Notes: generated by a model from the sequence alone, not told the origin. A stretch of 64,000 nucleotides of DNA from Sphaerodactylus townsendi (GCF_021028975.2 NC_059433.1:25668001-25732000), one strand, 5' to 3'. Numbered from the stretch's first letter, positions 37,901-51,519 are shown. Translations and numbers: made by a program.

Positions 37901-39113
37901 CCGATTTTATTCAGTTGTCTTTATGAGACTAGTAAGCTATTTTTGAAGATCTGTCCGCTTTAGTGCCTGTAAACAAAATCTCAGATGAGTTTTTTGCTCT
38001 AGGCAGCTGCCAATCCTACAAACTACGTTGTCTTAATTTTTAGAAGCGGGGTGGAGACAGATGCTCGAATATGACAATTAGGAAAGTATTCCTTCATAAT
38101 CTTAGCCCACTTTTGGCCAAGCAGCTTTTTAATTTTATTTCCTTCCAGGGGTGCGGGAGGGAAGAGAGAGAGGAACGTTCTTGCTGCAGGCAACTTCAGC
38201 TGGTCCCTCCTTCACGTTTTTCCTCAGCGTTTCCCCAAGTTTAAAATGGGTTTTTCATCACTCACAGCAGCTAAGCTTCCATCAGCTAGGGGCCCTACAT
38301 CAAAGTGAAATGCCGAATGCTTATGCAGCAAATGGCACTGATTGACAGTAGAGGTAACAGGCTGCCTCAGCAGAAGGAAGGCTTTAATTACCAAGACAGC
38401 AGCACAGGTAATGAATACCACAACTGTTCTGACACAAACGGCGATTGATCCAAATGGCACAAAGGGAACGAAGAAGAGCTGGTTTTCATGTCCCACTTTT
38501 ATCTTTTGAAAAGAGTATCAAAGTGGCTCATAATCACTTTCCCTTCCCCGCCCCACAATGGGCACCTTGTGAGGTAGGTGAGGCTGAGAGAGTTCTGAGA
38601 TATGCTTCTGTGAAGCCTAAAGTTGCCTAGAAGACTTCTATGTCCGTTAAACTCTCAATGCGTGTAGGCGGTGGGGACAGGCCTTGATGAGCATGAGGGA
38701 GCTGTGGGAGAAGACTCTCATGTGGAGAATGGGGAATCTAATCTGGCTCTCAGATTGGAATCCACTGCTTTAACCGCTACACCACACAGGCTCTATACAT
38801 CATACCTTTTATCCACTGACTATGGGTTTTTGGAAAGAGTTACAACCTTCTAAGTGCATTGTCTTCAGTGGACTTAGACTGATGCAACTCAGTTTAGGAC
38901 TGCACAGTTAAACTGCAAATCAGAGTCACTGCACACTTCTACATGGCAATCTTGGTACATGAGGTATTGAAATATTCTTCCTTCAACAATGTTTCATTCA
39001 CCAGCTATACAAAGATGATGGGTTGATACACTTCCCCCAAACTCTGGAAACTAGAAAGCAGAGGGCTTTCAAGTGGTTTCCATGAACTTTAAAGTCATGT
39101 GAATCTTCTAGCT

Positions 39114-39253
39114 CCAGTAGGTGTGAACTGGCATATCTCCAGATGTGCTGGGACTTCAATTCCCATCAGCCCCTTCCAGCATGGCCATGCTGGAAGGGGC
39201 TGATGGGAATTGAAGTCCATAACATCTGGAGTGCCAAAGGTTCGCCACCACTG
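39114..39253. mobile_element. Palindromic hAT MITE (duplicate-unit copy, garbled left arm)
   Basis: Clean right arm ...ggttcgccaccactg; left arm degraded relative to 33881. Confidence 0.8.
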
Positions 39254-39643
39254 TAATCTAGCTTCATGGTCCACTGTAGTTGTTCACTGAAAACAGGACA
39301 GCTGCTGTAGTACAAAAACCCTACCTTTCAATCATGTCTTTCATAGTACTCAAAGTCATTCTTCACCCATGTTTATAAAATAATTCAGGAGACAAAAGAC
39401 AAAAGTAAAATAATTTTTATAGAAATGTACAATTTTTAGACATGGTTATCATGCTTCAAATCAAGTATCCAGAAAATGGTTCACGTTGAATGGACAAAAC
39501 ACGGTATTATGAAATCAAATAGTGATTCCCTGAATGTAGTTAAGAGTTTTGACTGTAGTCCTAATAATACTTTCCTGGGTGTGAGTCCATTGAGTGAATT
39601 TGAGTAGGATTCTGTGTATGTTTGCCCTCGTAGAGTTGTATTG

Positions 39644-39756
39644 CTATTTTAACTGGAGAATGTACAATACCTCCCAGAAATAATCTAGACCCCAAGTTCT
39701 GTGACGCTCTTGGAAGCAATCTATTTTTTCAAGTTGCTTGATATCACAGCACTGGC
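39644..39756 (-). CDS. TPMT: TPMT last coding exon (QCCDIKQLEKIDCFQERHRTWGLDYFWEVLYILQLK*)
   Basis: Acceptor tttcag and TAG stop ending at 39644. 113 nt; the spliced CDS totals 738 nt (245 aa). Confidence 0.96.
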
Positions 39757-40406
39757 CTGAAATGAAAGCGAGAGTGTCACATTACAGTTCTAAAGTAAGT
39801 AAAAGGTTACTCTCAATTTTTCAGGGATTTAGTCTACCAGGGCATTTTCAGTCCTTTAAGAAATTACATTGGTAGAGTTTAGGCATAACACACAACTGCC
39901 ATTATTAACAAATAATTTGCTTTAAAGCTTGCAGACATATGGAAGCAAACATTTTTCAAATATGAAAAATAAGTATTGTCATGCCCCCACAGAGGCTTTT
40001 GAAATTTCCCCATTAAGCTTTCCCCATAGTTAGCATGGGTTTATTTATTTTTTATTTTTTATTTTTTTTCGATTTATTATACCGCCCCATCCCCGTAGGG
40101 CTCTGGGCGGTGTACAATACAATGCACATATACAGATAAAAATGCACGTATACAAGTAAAATAACTAAAACCATTAAAAGCAGCAGTAAAATAAAAACTA
40201 GTAGAAAGATTAAAACTAACACGCAATGGCGTCCGACAGATCCATTTCCAAACCCTCTTTCAGGGGGAAGATCAGCAAACCCCAGATGGCAAAGGCACTG
40301 ATGTAAAGGCCATGGGGGGTTGTAAAGTCTTCTAAGGGAGGGAACTAGTTTTGGTCGATCAAATTCATTTTGGTAGAAATTAAAAGCTTAATTTGAACTG
40401 ACTCAC

Positions 40407-40451
40407 CAAAGAACTTTTTAACTTCTGAATCAGGAACATAGAATGGCGGAC
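40407..40451 (-). CDS. TPMT: TPMT coding exon 7 (GPPFYVPDSEVKKFFG)
   Basis: GPPF motif, donor gtgagt, 45 nt. Confidence 0.96.
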
Positions 40452-41064
40452 CTGGGAAAGAAACTTGCACATTTAATAAGGAGAAATAACCAAACTAGAT
40501 ATGCAGCTTAAAGTCACTCTGATAAGCTGGGTTCTCAAAGTTATTCAAAACAAGGTAAAGAGGAATAGGGAAATCATGGCTTGTTCCCAGACCCTAAACA
40601 CAGGTCTCACTTTAACTGTCTCTAAACTGAGTCAAAAAGTTGATTCATACAACTGTTTTTCCAATTGCACATGAGAAAGAATGTCATGAAGATTCATGAA
40701 TGGCTGGTTTATTTGGTGTTGTTGATAATTAGTTAACTGACCCGTTTTTATGTTATATTAATTGAACTTTTTAATGAGAATTTTGTCTTCTGGGCTCTGT
40801 TTAAGGACCAAGAAGTAATTAAATATAATACTATAATGGGACATATCATGTGTCTGCTAGAATACATTTGGCAAACCTGATTTTGAAGGCTTCTTCCACA
40901 CATAATTCCATATTGAACTAATTTAATGATTCAGGTTCATTATAATCCCCACTTCCAAACAAGGTGAGTCACAAAAAGGCATCTCGTGACGGGAAATTGG
41001 ATTGTTTGAAGTTATTGTTAAATTCTAAGGTGTTTTAGCTGTAGATTGGACTACGGGATGTTAC

Positions 41065-41150
41065 CTTTATGTTTGTTTGGATCATATGACACAGTAACGA
41101 GAAGACAGCAACACCCCACGTTCATTAGTGATAACATCAAATTGGCATAT
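41065..41150 (-). CDS. TPMT: TPMT coding exon 6 (YANLMLSLMNVGCCCLLVTVSYDPNKHK)
   Basis: ag/gt boundaries, 86 nt, in frame. Confidence 0.95.
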
Positions 41151-41304
41151 CTAAAAAGGAAATAAATCAAATCAGGCCCCGATCATATTTGTGCATATAT
41201 AAACCAAGAAGTAAATATGCACAACTAAACTAAACAAGAGCTTTGCTTTAAACATTCCACACGAATATAATATAATGGCTCTAGAAGGGACTTTATTAAG
41301 AGGC

Positions 41305-41417
41305 AAGAAGAAGAAGAGTTTGGATTTATATCCCCCCTTTCTCTCCTGCAGGAGACTCAAAGGGGCTTACAATCTCCTTTCCCTTCCCCCCTCACAACAA
41401 ACACCCTGTGAGGTAGG
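41305..41417 (-). mobile_element. Squam3-like SINE 3' fragment
   Basis: aagaagaagagtttggatttatatcccccc...gtgaggtagg. Confidence 0.75.
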
Positions 41418-42047
41418 CAAGATGAAGGGACCATCTTAGGGTATAGATTTTACATGCAATGAATCCATGAGCCCAATTTTCCAGGAAATTCTTCTGAGCA
41501 AGCCCTTCTGAAAGGAACACTAGTGCTCTTGAGCAGTTAGTTACCATTCACTTTGCTGAGGCTTTTGCAGGTAAGCTCTGGGAACAGATGGACTGTGCTC
41601 CACTCAGGGTTGCTTAATCTAATGGGCAAAAGGGGTAGTTGATCCATGCCGACTGCCAGGTCCTTAATAGCACTAGGAATCGCTGGAGACTCTCTGGTTT
41701 TACCACAGAATTTCCAACAGTTCATAGAGCAGACTGATGTCACTTCCAGGTTTTCCCCAGAAGTGATGTAACGCTGTCAGCTGAAGGTAAATTAAAAAAA
41801 TTTTTTTTTTTTGCTCCTGTTGACTATTAGAGGGTTGGTGGTAGGAAATAAAAACTGGGGTGGAGATTCCCTGCCTTGGGAGAAGAACCTGACAGTCCTA
41901 TTAAAAGTAGCTTGAGAAGCTGAGTAACTAGTGCAAATTATTGAGCAACTAAACTGAGAATGAAACAGCTGTTCCCTTAGAGCCAGAGGCTTTAATAAAC
42001 AGTAAAGATCAATTAATGTATAATCAAATGCAATATAAATTACTGAC

Positions 42048-42122
42048 CGTTCTCTGTCACAAGGGTTAATAGCTACGAAAGACCCCCTGTCCCAAACTGC
42101 ATCAAATTTGCCAGCAACTGTG
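42048..42122 (-). CDS. TPMT: TPMT coding exon 5 (TVAGKFDAVWDRGSFVAINPCDRER)
   Basis: WDRG motif, ag/gt boundaries, 75 nt. Confidence 0.96.
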
Positions 42123-43608
42123 CTACAAGGAGATTAAAAGTTGTGTATTACAAACTGTGGATAACTTGTTTTCATTAGCAGGAAAATAACTTGTTTATTT
42201 AGCAGGAATATAACTTGTTTTTATTATCAGGAAAGCAGATTTTCCACAAAAGCAGCATAGGATTTTTAAGTTACTCTCTGTGGTCCCATACTGCATGAAC
42301 AAAAATCACCCAAATTATCCAATAGGAATATTCATGGAGAATTGAAAAGACCTACGCATTACCCCTTTAAGGCATCAGGTGGTTTTTCTTGCATGTTTCA
42401 AGTATACAAACCAGACAGTTCAATGGTGGCTGTGCACAGCTAGAGAAAGTCTAACAAACCCACTTGCTGATGGAAATGATGATATAGATAATAAAATTAA
42501 TGATCCAAAATTTGAACTCTCTCACAGCCCAATTCTGTGCAGGTTTCCTCAGAAGGAAGTTCCTCTGTGTTCATGGGGACTTGCTTCCAGATAACAGTGG
42601 AATGGATTGCAGCCCGATTTAACCAAACCCCCACTCCTCAATTCTAACTTCAATGTAGCTTTGAAATATATAAAACAAGGTACAGTGCCATCCTAAGCAG
42701 ACATATACCTTTCTAATAGCCCCATCCAAAAAGGGTGTGTGTGTTGAACTGTGGTCAGACATCTCGTTTGGTCCTCAGGAGGGTATCAGTTCTGCTTAGG
42801 ACTATATTGTCAGAATGACTGATACAGATTGAAGAAAGAAATGATATAATCATTTGTACATATCAGATACGCCTTGGCCCAATTAGCTTTTAGCCAAGCT
42901 ATGGCTGTGATCCTTATATTTCACAATCTGACTTTCTGAGTTGTCTTTCACTGGACAACACATTGAACCAGGGAACCATTTTTAAATGGCCCTTTCATAA
43001 ACATTCTGAGTCCTTTATTAAAAACATGGCATCAGCTCAAAAGTTGCAACAGACTGGATCCATCAGACGACGAGTTAAGCAGTTACATCATTTAGAAGTG
43101 GTTCTGCTTGCTGAAATATCTGTTGCACAATAACTAATAAAAGTTCATTAGAAGTCTCTTCTTGAAACAAAAGAAAATGACTTTGTCTTAAGGCTATCTG
43201 ATGCATTCCCTTTAGGAGCAAAAGTGATCCCAGACCAACTTGGCTAGAACAAAATTTATGTCTTAAGAGTAAGGGCATAGTTCTCATCTCATTTCCTGAT
43301 TTCCCCTATTAAAGGTTGCATCTGGGGTTTCTAACCAAAGCTTGACATCCCAAAAAGTACTATAAAATGATGCATTTCAATGCCCACAAGAGATCTTTAA
43401 CTTCATGAGCAGGAAGCATTTTTAGTGGATCATGAATAGCTGCATGATAGCTGTCTGGGAATGACACCGTATGTTAAGAAGATGAAACATGGAATGAGCA
43501 GCCTCAGCTGTACTTTTGTGTTTATTTTTCAGACTTTTGTGAGTTCCGGCCAAAAATGACTAGAAAACATCGAACACATAAGATTCAAAAGCATCATTTC
43601 ATTCCTAC

Positions 43609-43661
43609 CTCGTCAAGTCATAAAAACTGCAACAGTACAAAGAAATATTCCCAGATGAGCT
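43609..43661 (-). CDS. TPMT: TPMT coding exon 4 (SSSGNISLYCCSFYDLT)
   Basis: ag/gt boundaries, 53 nt, in frame with its neighbours. Confidence 0.95.
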
Positions 43662-45445
43662 CTAAAATGAAAAACAGAAAATGAATTTCCAATCAATGTT
43701 TCAAAAAATGAAACAAAGCAAAAGGTACAATTATCATCAAGTTTTAAAAAATGTAAAGATCCTTGAAGCATTAACTGTTTTGTTGGACAGAAGTAAAGGG
43801 TGCAATAAATAAGGACATTTATATAAATCCTCTTAACTTTGAAATAGGTCAGCTATCTAAGGGCTTCTTGAAAATCAATTTCCTACACGAATAGGATTAC
43901 TTTCAGAAAACTCCATGCAAATGATATTAAAAGGATGGTTGTTTCTCAGTTTTTGTATGAGTAGCATATCAGATTCATGAGCTATATAATCTATCCATGG
44001 TCTTCAAGGAAATTCCCACATGGAAATGAAGTTTATTAGAGAATTTTTTTCACAGTTAAGGCATTCAGGAAGAAATACAGTGAAGTGACATCCAAGAATT
44101 ACATTTAATTCATAAATTGTTATTTATTTATTACATTATATTTATACCCCACCTTTTTCTGGAAGACTCAAGTAGATAATGATCTACTGTCTAGTCAGGT
44201 TCTCCAGCTTAAGGATGCCCAGTTGGTGGTAATTAGAGCCCATCTTTCTACAGCAGCTCCCATCCTAAGGAATAGGTTCACAGAAATGAGAGGGGTGCCA
44301 TCTTTCTACATTTTTGGGAGGCACTGTAAAGCCATGTTATGTGCTGGAACTTTACATTGTTATTTGGGAGGATATTGGGAATTGTAAGCCATGTCACAAA
44401 GGAAAGGGTTTTTTAAAAATAAATATTCAAATAAATAAATCAGAAATTGTATTTATTTTTATCTGTTTATTCTGCCACCTTTTCCTAATCTCAGAGTGGC
44501 TCACATTAATATAAAACAGTAAAACACAAAGATTAAACATAATTCAAGACACCCCCCCCCCCCGAAGAAACCACAACTGGCTAGTTTAATATTAAGTTAA
44601 TCAATCCAAATTCAAATGTTCTCTCTACAACTTATCACTTGATTCCAGTTCCTCCAACACAAGCATATCACTAGATTATTTTGTCACAATCAGTGCACCG
44701 GGAGAAAAATCAGTGCAGACAGCAGAAAACAAGGCAGGAACTGTAAGTAACAGCTTCACTTAGTACAAAGAGAGCTCTGGTTTCCTGCAAATAAGACTGT
44801 GCAAATTGGGATCCAGCCACTGGCTCCTTTCAATTACATCTAGTTTATAAGCGGACCCGTTTTAAGGTTGCCAGCTCCAGGTTAAGAAATTCTTAGAGAT
44901 TTGGGGGAGGAGCCTGGATAGGGTGGAATTTGGGGAGGGGCGGGACTTCAGCAGGATATAACGACATAAAACCCACCCTCCAAAGAAGCCATTTTCTCCA
45001 GGGGAACTGACTGCTGTAATCTGGGGACCAGCTGCAATTCCAGGAGGTCTCCAAGCTCCTCATGGAAGTTGAGAGCCCTCCCCTTCATCTGGATTCTGCC
45101 AATCTAGCCATGCTGTTCCACACTACTTTCCATATGTTAACTGTGGTTTTGGATCACAGCTACTGATGCAAACTATGCTAAACAAAGTTCCTCTGTGACA
45201 TAATTTACAACCCATGGTTTTAATTTCTGCCTTATGGGGTAACCACATGTATCAGGGTACACAACACAAAACCATACTTAACACTGAGAAAAGAAGCAGG
45301 AGAACTTTCCATCCAAATAGGAAAGAGGGAAAGAAAGACTCCAGGTAGGTAAAATATGATTTGCATAAGTCAGATCCTTAGCAATCTGCATTAATAAATA
45401 GGTTTTCAGACAAAGAAAGCTTGGTGGGGGAGGTTCAATACAAAC

Positions 45446-45578
45446 CTTAAATAATTTAGCTCCAGGGATCTCAGGAACTGTTTCTTCAGAATAGGATAGA
45501 TTTTGTTCTGTGAAAAATTCTTTCACAGCAATTTCGCTGATTTCTACGCCAATGATATGGTGCCCCATGTCAGCTAAC
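45446..45578 (-). CDS. TPMT: TPMT coding exon 3 ([15 protein letters not shown]...GAKLFK)
   Basis: GVEIS motif, ag/gt boundaries, 133 nt. Confidence 0.96.
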
Positions 45579-45939
45579 CTATGGAGGTGGATAGAAGTAA
45601 GCATGCCTTCTTATTTTGTGGTCTTCAAGGTCCTATAAGACTCTTCTACCGCCCCCACTGAAAACTGAGGCTGCCTGCTTTTTCCATCTTGGTTGGGCCC
45701 TGATTCCATCTTGGGCCCCGCCTACTCCCTCCCCTCTTTCGCCTTTAAGATCGGGCGCCTGTTTTTAAACAACCTTGTTGTTTTAATTTTAATTTACATT
45801 TATTACTAGTAACTGCTGCTTTTAATGGGTTTAATGGGTTTAAGTTGTGTCATGTTGATTTGGTCAATTGTGTTGTGTTGATTTGCTGTCCTAGTGATCG
45901 GCCATATTGTGAGCCGCCTCGAGCACTTCGGGGGCGAGG

Positions 45940-46172
45940 NNNNNNNNNNNNNNNNNNNNNNNNNNNNNNNNNNNNNNNNNNNNNNNNNNNNNNNNNNNNN
46001 NNNNNNNNNNNNNNNNNNNNNNNNNNNNNNNNNNNNNNNNNNNNNNNNNNNNNNNNNNNNNNNNNNNNNNNNNNNNNNNNNNNNNNNNNNNNNNNNNNNN
46101 NNNNNNNNNNNNNNNNNNNNNNNNNNNNNNNNNNNNNNNNNNNNNNNNNNNNNNNNNNNNNNNNNNNNNNNN
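45940..46172. other. Assembly gap (233 N) in a TPMT intron
   Basis: Run of N. TPMT exon phases stay continuous across it, so no coding exon appears to be hidden. Confidence 0.99.
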
Positions 46173-46777
46173 CTACCCAACTGAAACTACAGTGAACACT
46201 TACTAGCCTGAAAATATAGTGCCCAAAATGAAGAGAAGCCATGCAGAGACAACATCTCACAGTTGCCCATGAGGAAGGAAAAGTCAGTGTCCACAAGGAT
46301 AAATATTAATGGTATGAAGATACCAATCAGTTAAGCATCAGTATTAAATTTTGGCTTGACTGTTTTCTCTTAAATTTGAAAAGCCACGTCCAGTGTTTAA
46401 ACCGTTCGGCTTTTGCTGGGTGTAAGAAAGGTCCTGACTAAATCAGAGCAGCCACTGAATTCTTGATAAATGTTGCTATCGTTATCATCCCAATGAGTCT
46501 TCCAAGTGTCCCCTTTTATGTCTTTCAAACACATACGGCAGAGCAACATGTTTTTGTGCCTGTAACAAACAAAACAGGCATGAAAGACCAAAGAAATTCT
46601 GTACCACCTTAATGACTGTGCCCAATATGCTTATTAAGTGTAAACCTCGTTAGATCTGGTGAACTGCACAGAGACCACCTTGTACATAACCAGTTTAATA
46701 CCCCTTTATATCTGGAAGGATTGGAAGTCTAGCACCAGAGAGTGTGAAATTTGATCTCACTATTCTCAGGAATGTTA

Positions 46778-47052
46778 TGAAGAAGAAGCGTTTTGGATTT
46801 ATACCCCACCTTTCTCTCCTGTAAGGAGACTCAAGGTGGCTTACAAGCTCCTTTCCCTTCCTCTCCCCACAACAGACACCTTGTGAGGTAGGTGGCGCTG
46901 AGAGAGTTCCAAAGAACTGTGACTAGCCAAGGTCACCCAGCAGGAATGCAGGAGTGTGGAAACACATCTGGTTCACCAGATAAGCCTCTGCCACTCAGGT
47001 GAAGTGGGGAATCAAACCCGGCTCCACCTGCTCTTAACCAATACCATGCTGG
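46778..47052 (-). mobile_element. Squam3-like SINE
   Basis: Reverse complement of the 5797 family: (GAA)n tail and ggggaatcaaaccc box B. Confidence 0.8.
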
Positions 47053-47267
47053 TTCTGGACATTATGCCTCTTTATAAGCTATACTACTGGAGCAGACTTT
47101 GAAGTATGCCTGCAGGGCTGATGAGGAATGCTACTTCTCTTGCATAGTCTAATCATTTAAATGTGGCTTCCAATGGAGACCTTCCATGTGAATGTAGACT
47201 AAATGTAGCCACTGATCCATACATTAACACTCGAAGCTGCCGTATACTTTGGAGCAGTGCATTTTAC

Positions 47268-47360
47268 CATTTCATCTCAACAGCTTTGCCACAAAGTGGG
47301 AAAAATATCCTCAGTCCATTTCTGCCATTGAGAAAAATATCCAAATACTTCTTTAGACAT
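47268..47360 (-). CDS. TPMT: TPMT coding exon 2 ([31 protein letters not shown])
   Basis: SAM-binding motif FFPLCGKA. Canonical ag/gt boundaries, 93 nt. Confidence 0.97.
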
Positions 47361-49321
47361 CTGCAGATGAAAAGAAAGGTTATTTTTTTTTTTAAAAACA
47401 TAACTGAATTCTACATGCAAAATATACTAACAGTTTAGATTTGAAAAGTGTTTGCTCATTTAACTATGTGAAGGGGAGGACAATTCACAGCAAGCTCCCT
47501 TTGACATTAAGCCTCAAAGACCTAACAACCAATGCTGGTTTGTTCTGAAAATCTCAATATAACGGAAGCAGACTTTGGAACTGTCCAGCTGTTGGCCTTT
47601 ACCGTTATAGGGTAGTATAAACACAAACCAAAAATGGAATTAACAACTAAATTAGGATGTATCAAATGCAAACAAGGCATGCAAAGAAGACAAATATTAA
47701 ATACAACCATTTGATTCAACCATTTTTTATAACTACCGGTAAACTTCAAAATACAAAACTAAAAGGTGTCACAATTTGAGCATGCATTTTCAAAGATAGC
47801 AGCTTCCCTGACCCTTAGGTTACCTGCATAAGTATTTAAAAGGTGATAATCTGCAGAATGAATAGAGAAGACAGCCAGAACTGGAGTCAGGCTAGAGGCT
47901 TTTAACTGGCTGGCCGGCCTGGTTTCCTCTTTCTGCCTCTGCTCCTGTACCTTCCTCCTCCAACCAGCCTTCTCCCTTTCCCCCTAGTACAGTTCCAGCG
48001 CTACACTTTGTCTTTGTGCTAAGCTCCATCTTCCTCTTCTCTGTCTTCTGCTCCTTAGTCAGCTCCTGTTCTCCACAGCCATAACCTACCTTAAACCACT
48101 TGGACCCAGAGAGCTCTGCTCCCTTGTCCAAGCTCACCTACTACCTCCGTGCCTTCTGAGCATCTTTCTGACAGACTGCAAAGTGGCCCTGTTCCTGATG
48201 CTACCCTGGCTTCAACTAACTCCAGGCCTGGGTTCCTCCCCACTCTACCCAGGAGTCTTACTGTTGGCCCCAGACAGGTCATTGCCAGGTAGCTGCCACA
48301 GCGAATCAAACCATTGGTCTATCGAGGTCAGCACTGTCTATTCAAATGCTGTGCTGGCTCAGACAAAGGCCAGTAGTTGGGTTTCAGAACTTATAGCCGA
48401 ACTCAAGAAGCAAACACAAAAAGTGCTGCATTCAGAAAGCCTGTATCAGTTCATAATCAAGAAGGTAGAAAGCCGTGGATGAAGTCTTACAGTTGCAGTC
48501 CGAAGAACAGGTTTTCAAGACCAGTAAGATGGGCGACAGCACAGATGCAAGGAAATCGCACCACAACTGTCTGCCATCCTGGCACTCTCTCTTACAACTA
48601 GTTGGGCATTTTACCACTTTTTATATGCCATTAAAGGTATTGTATTTGTATTGTATTTGTAACTAGTTGGGCAGACTTTAGTTTTCATCCTGAAAAGATT
48701 CACTACTGTCAAACAAACAGTATTTATACAAGATCCAGTCTTTTAATCTGCAGTTTATTTCTCGAATGCTTCCTGAATTGCTCTGCACACGAATCTGGTG
48801 GACTAAGGGTCCGGGTTCCCTCAGCTGGCACCTGGCTGGGAGTCGGGAACATTCAGCAAGATTCAAAAGCTTCTGTCAATACTTCCTCCTGCTGTTTCTG
48901 GGTTTCTAACCAGAGCTGGTTTCTCCTAAATGGCTTCTCCTTGGAGGCTTCTCTGCTGTCCCGGGACTGACCCATGACAGACTGACAGCAGCTGCTTAGG
49001 GTCTCAGGAAAGGGTCTTTCATATCATCTATGGTCTCATCCTTTTAAGTGAAGATGCCAGGGAGCGAGTGTTGCCCCCTTCCAGCCATAAACCCGCACTG
49101 ACTAACCAACTTCAAAAAGTTGTTGTGAGGATAAAATAGGGAAAAGAGGATTATGTATGCTGCCCTAAATTGCTTGAAGGGGAATGCGTTACAGCATAAA
49201 TAAAACAATAATGACTGTAGGTCATTTGGTTGTAAACCTTTTTACAAATCTTGTGAGAGTCAAACTTCTCTACAAACTTCAGTTTTATTATAACATAGGT
49301 AGAGAACAGGGAGTTACATAC

Positions 49322-49461
49322 GGATGTCCTTGTCCATTATGAAATCCTATGTTTCTCAGCTCCCACTTCGTCAGCCATTCTTCTTCAGTCAACACTCTGT
49401 TCCGCTGTGACCCAGAGTCTTCGCCCTCTTCCCTTGCAGAGATGTCTAAAACATTCTCCAT
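49322..49461 (-). CDS. TPMT: TPMT coding exon 1 (MENVLD...EEEWLTKWELRNIGFHNGQGHP)
   Basis: ATG at 49461, acceptor at 49477, donor gtatgt. 140 nt. Confidence 0.95.
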
Positions 49462-50298
49462 AGTCCAAGAACACCTCTGTGCAGAGAGATCAGTCTTATA
49501 ACCATTTTTGATTATTGATAAAAATGTCCAGCTTGCCTTAGCCAAATCCTTGTATATTTTCACTAAAGAATGTCCCTCTCCTTAATAACTCAGTACATTT
49601 TATTAACTGTTATAACATTTCTGCAAACCAGAACCTGCAGAAAAACCCAATTTGTTACATGAATCCATGATTTCTTTAAACTGCAAAATTAATTTCCTTT
49701 GACTGACATGAGTTAGCAGACACTTCCTTCCCAATGTGTATCCTGACAAAGCCAGGAGGCAAAATTTTGGTCACATCACAGCATACAACACAGCAGACAG
49801 TAGGGAAACATTCATGCTGAGTTCCTTAATATGCACAGGAATGATAGAATGTCTTTTTATCTGCCCTTGTGTACAAGAATAAAATAACAAGAGAGCAAAC
49901 CTGTAACTGGCCAACCCTTCTAAAAATCAGAAGAAAAAAAGGTAGAGAAAAACTCGAGCTTGAGGAATATTTGTATACAAAGAAAGCACACCCATAGTGA
50001 CAGACATAACCTTAGGTCCCACCTAGAATTTCTGCAGACAATTTCTGCTGATTCTCCCTCTCTTGGCAACCCCAAATGCTGCTCTTGGGGAATGGAGAAC
50101 CCCCAGGTATAGCTCTATTGTATTTATGCTATAATTTAATTTTTATACTATAAATGTAAATTGGTGTTGTATTGGATTTTAATTTGAATCTGTAAGCCGC
50201 CCAGGGCCTGACATTGGTCAGGAATTGGATGAGGCATAAATTTCATAAAATCAAACAAAAACAAGGGGTTATCATTAATATAGAGCTAAATGTTCATC

Positions 50299-50301
50299 TA
50301 T

Positions 50302-50344
<43 letters not shown>

Positions 50345-50355
50345 TTCATTTATTC
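50299..50355. repeat. (TTTA)n microsatellite
   Basis: Read directly from the sequence. Confidence 0.95.
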
Positions 50356-51140
50356 GATTTGATAAACCACCCTACCCCCGAAGGGCTCAGTGAACTGAGA
50401 TCTCTTCTAATAATCTGATGATGTCCTAACACCATACAGCCAATCAGATTTGTCTGCTGGTTAATGTCACTGAAGACAAAAGAAGCTAATTGACAGCAAT
50501 TCTTCCAGGGCTGATCAGATGTGTGCAGAAAGAAAATCATGTTTTTACAGTATATTGTACATGCATTCCCTGAAATGTGTGTACAGACTCAGTTTAGGGG
50601 ACTGGCTATTAAATACTCTTATTTATGGGGCCACCTCTCTCCCTGTACTCCACCATAGGATCTCTGCTCATGGCAGCAGGGGCTTCTGCAGGTGCCAAGC
50701 TGCAAATGGACAAAATCGACAACTGCCTGTACGTGTGCTTTCTCTGTTGCGGCTTGTGGAATGGCCTGCAAAAGGTGGTCACTCTCCTGACCTTTCACAA
50801 ACTATGCAAAACTTAAGTAGGCAAGAGGGCTTTTCTGTGCAGATAACAGGCTTGCACTGCACTGGCTGGTTTTATAAACTTGCCTGGATAAATGCTTAAC
50901 AACTGTGGTCTATAGACTTGTGTTTAACCTTTTTATTTGATTTATCCCCCACCTTTTCCTGACAAAGCCAGGCTTAGAGCAGCTAACACATATAATACAC
51001 ACACATCCAGTATAAAGTTAAAATGCTCAATTAAAATATATATAGTATAAAGTAATTTTAAGAAGGATCCTAGTTGCATAGGTTTTGTTGTCCCATTTAA
51101 TGTGTCGTGTGAATACTTATGCTATGCTTGCGTCCTTTCT

Positions 51141-51283
51141 GGCCCCCTCCGCGCGTGCAGAATAATGCACTCTCAGTCCACTTTCACAATTGTGGATTTT
51201 GCTATTCCGCACAGTAAAATCCAGCTGCAAAGTGCACTGAAAGTGGATTGAAAGTGCGTTGTTCTGCATGTGTGGAAGGGGCC
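51141..51283. mobile_element. PIF/Harbinger-type palindromic MITE
   Basis: Same TIRs, 3-bp TSD tct. Confidence 0.8.
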
Positions 51284-51519
51284 TCTGGGTCACAGGGCTC
51301 TTCCCCACCTTTTGGCTGAGATAAAAAGGCACAAGCTCCATTTTTGATAAAGGGCGCTTCGCTAATGTATACCCTGAAACTCTTGTTGGCCTGGATTCGA
51401 ATCTAACCACCCTTAAACCTCCAGCCACCCAGCCGGAGAAGCAACAGCCGAGCTCTCCCAGTGACCCTTAATTTTGAAGAGCTGATATTTAAACTAACCT
51501 TTAATTCGCCTTTTAATTC

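Larger units (their letters stand above)
28804..39228. repeat. 5.2-kb tandem duplication (unit 1 28804-33993, unit 2 33994-39228)
   Basis: aggaaacacaagattcagg occurs at both 28804 and 33994. The units are collinear throughout, with long identical runs and patches of clustered indels. Confidence 0.95.

Noticed and set aside
45806-46296. ORFs containing X runs
   Set aside because: They span the N gap.
47890-48670. Cluster of short ORFs in a TPMT intron, possible TE or pseudogene fragment
   Set aside because: No termini, TSD or protein motif that I can support.
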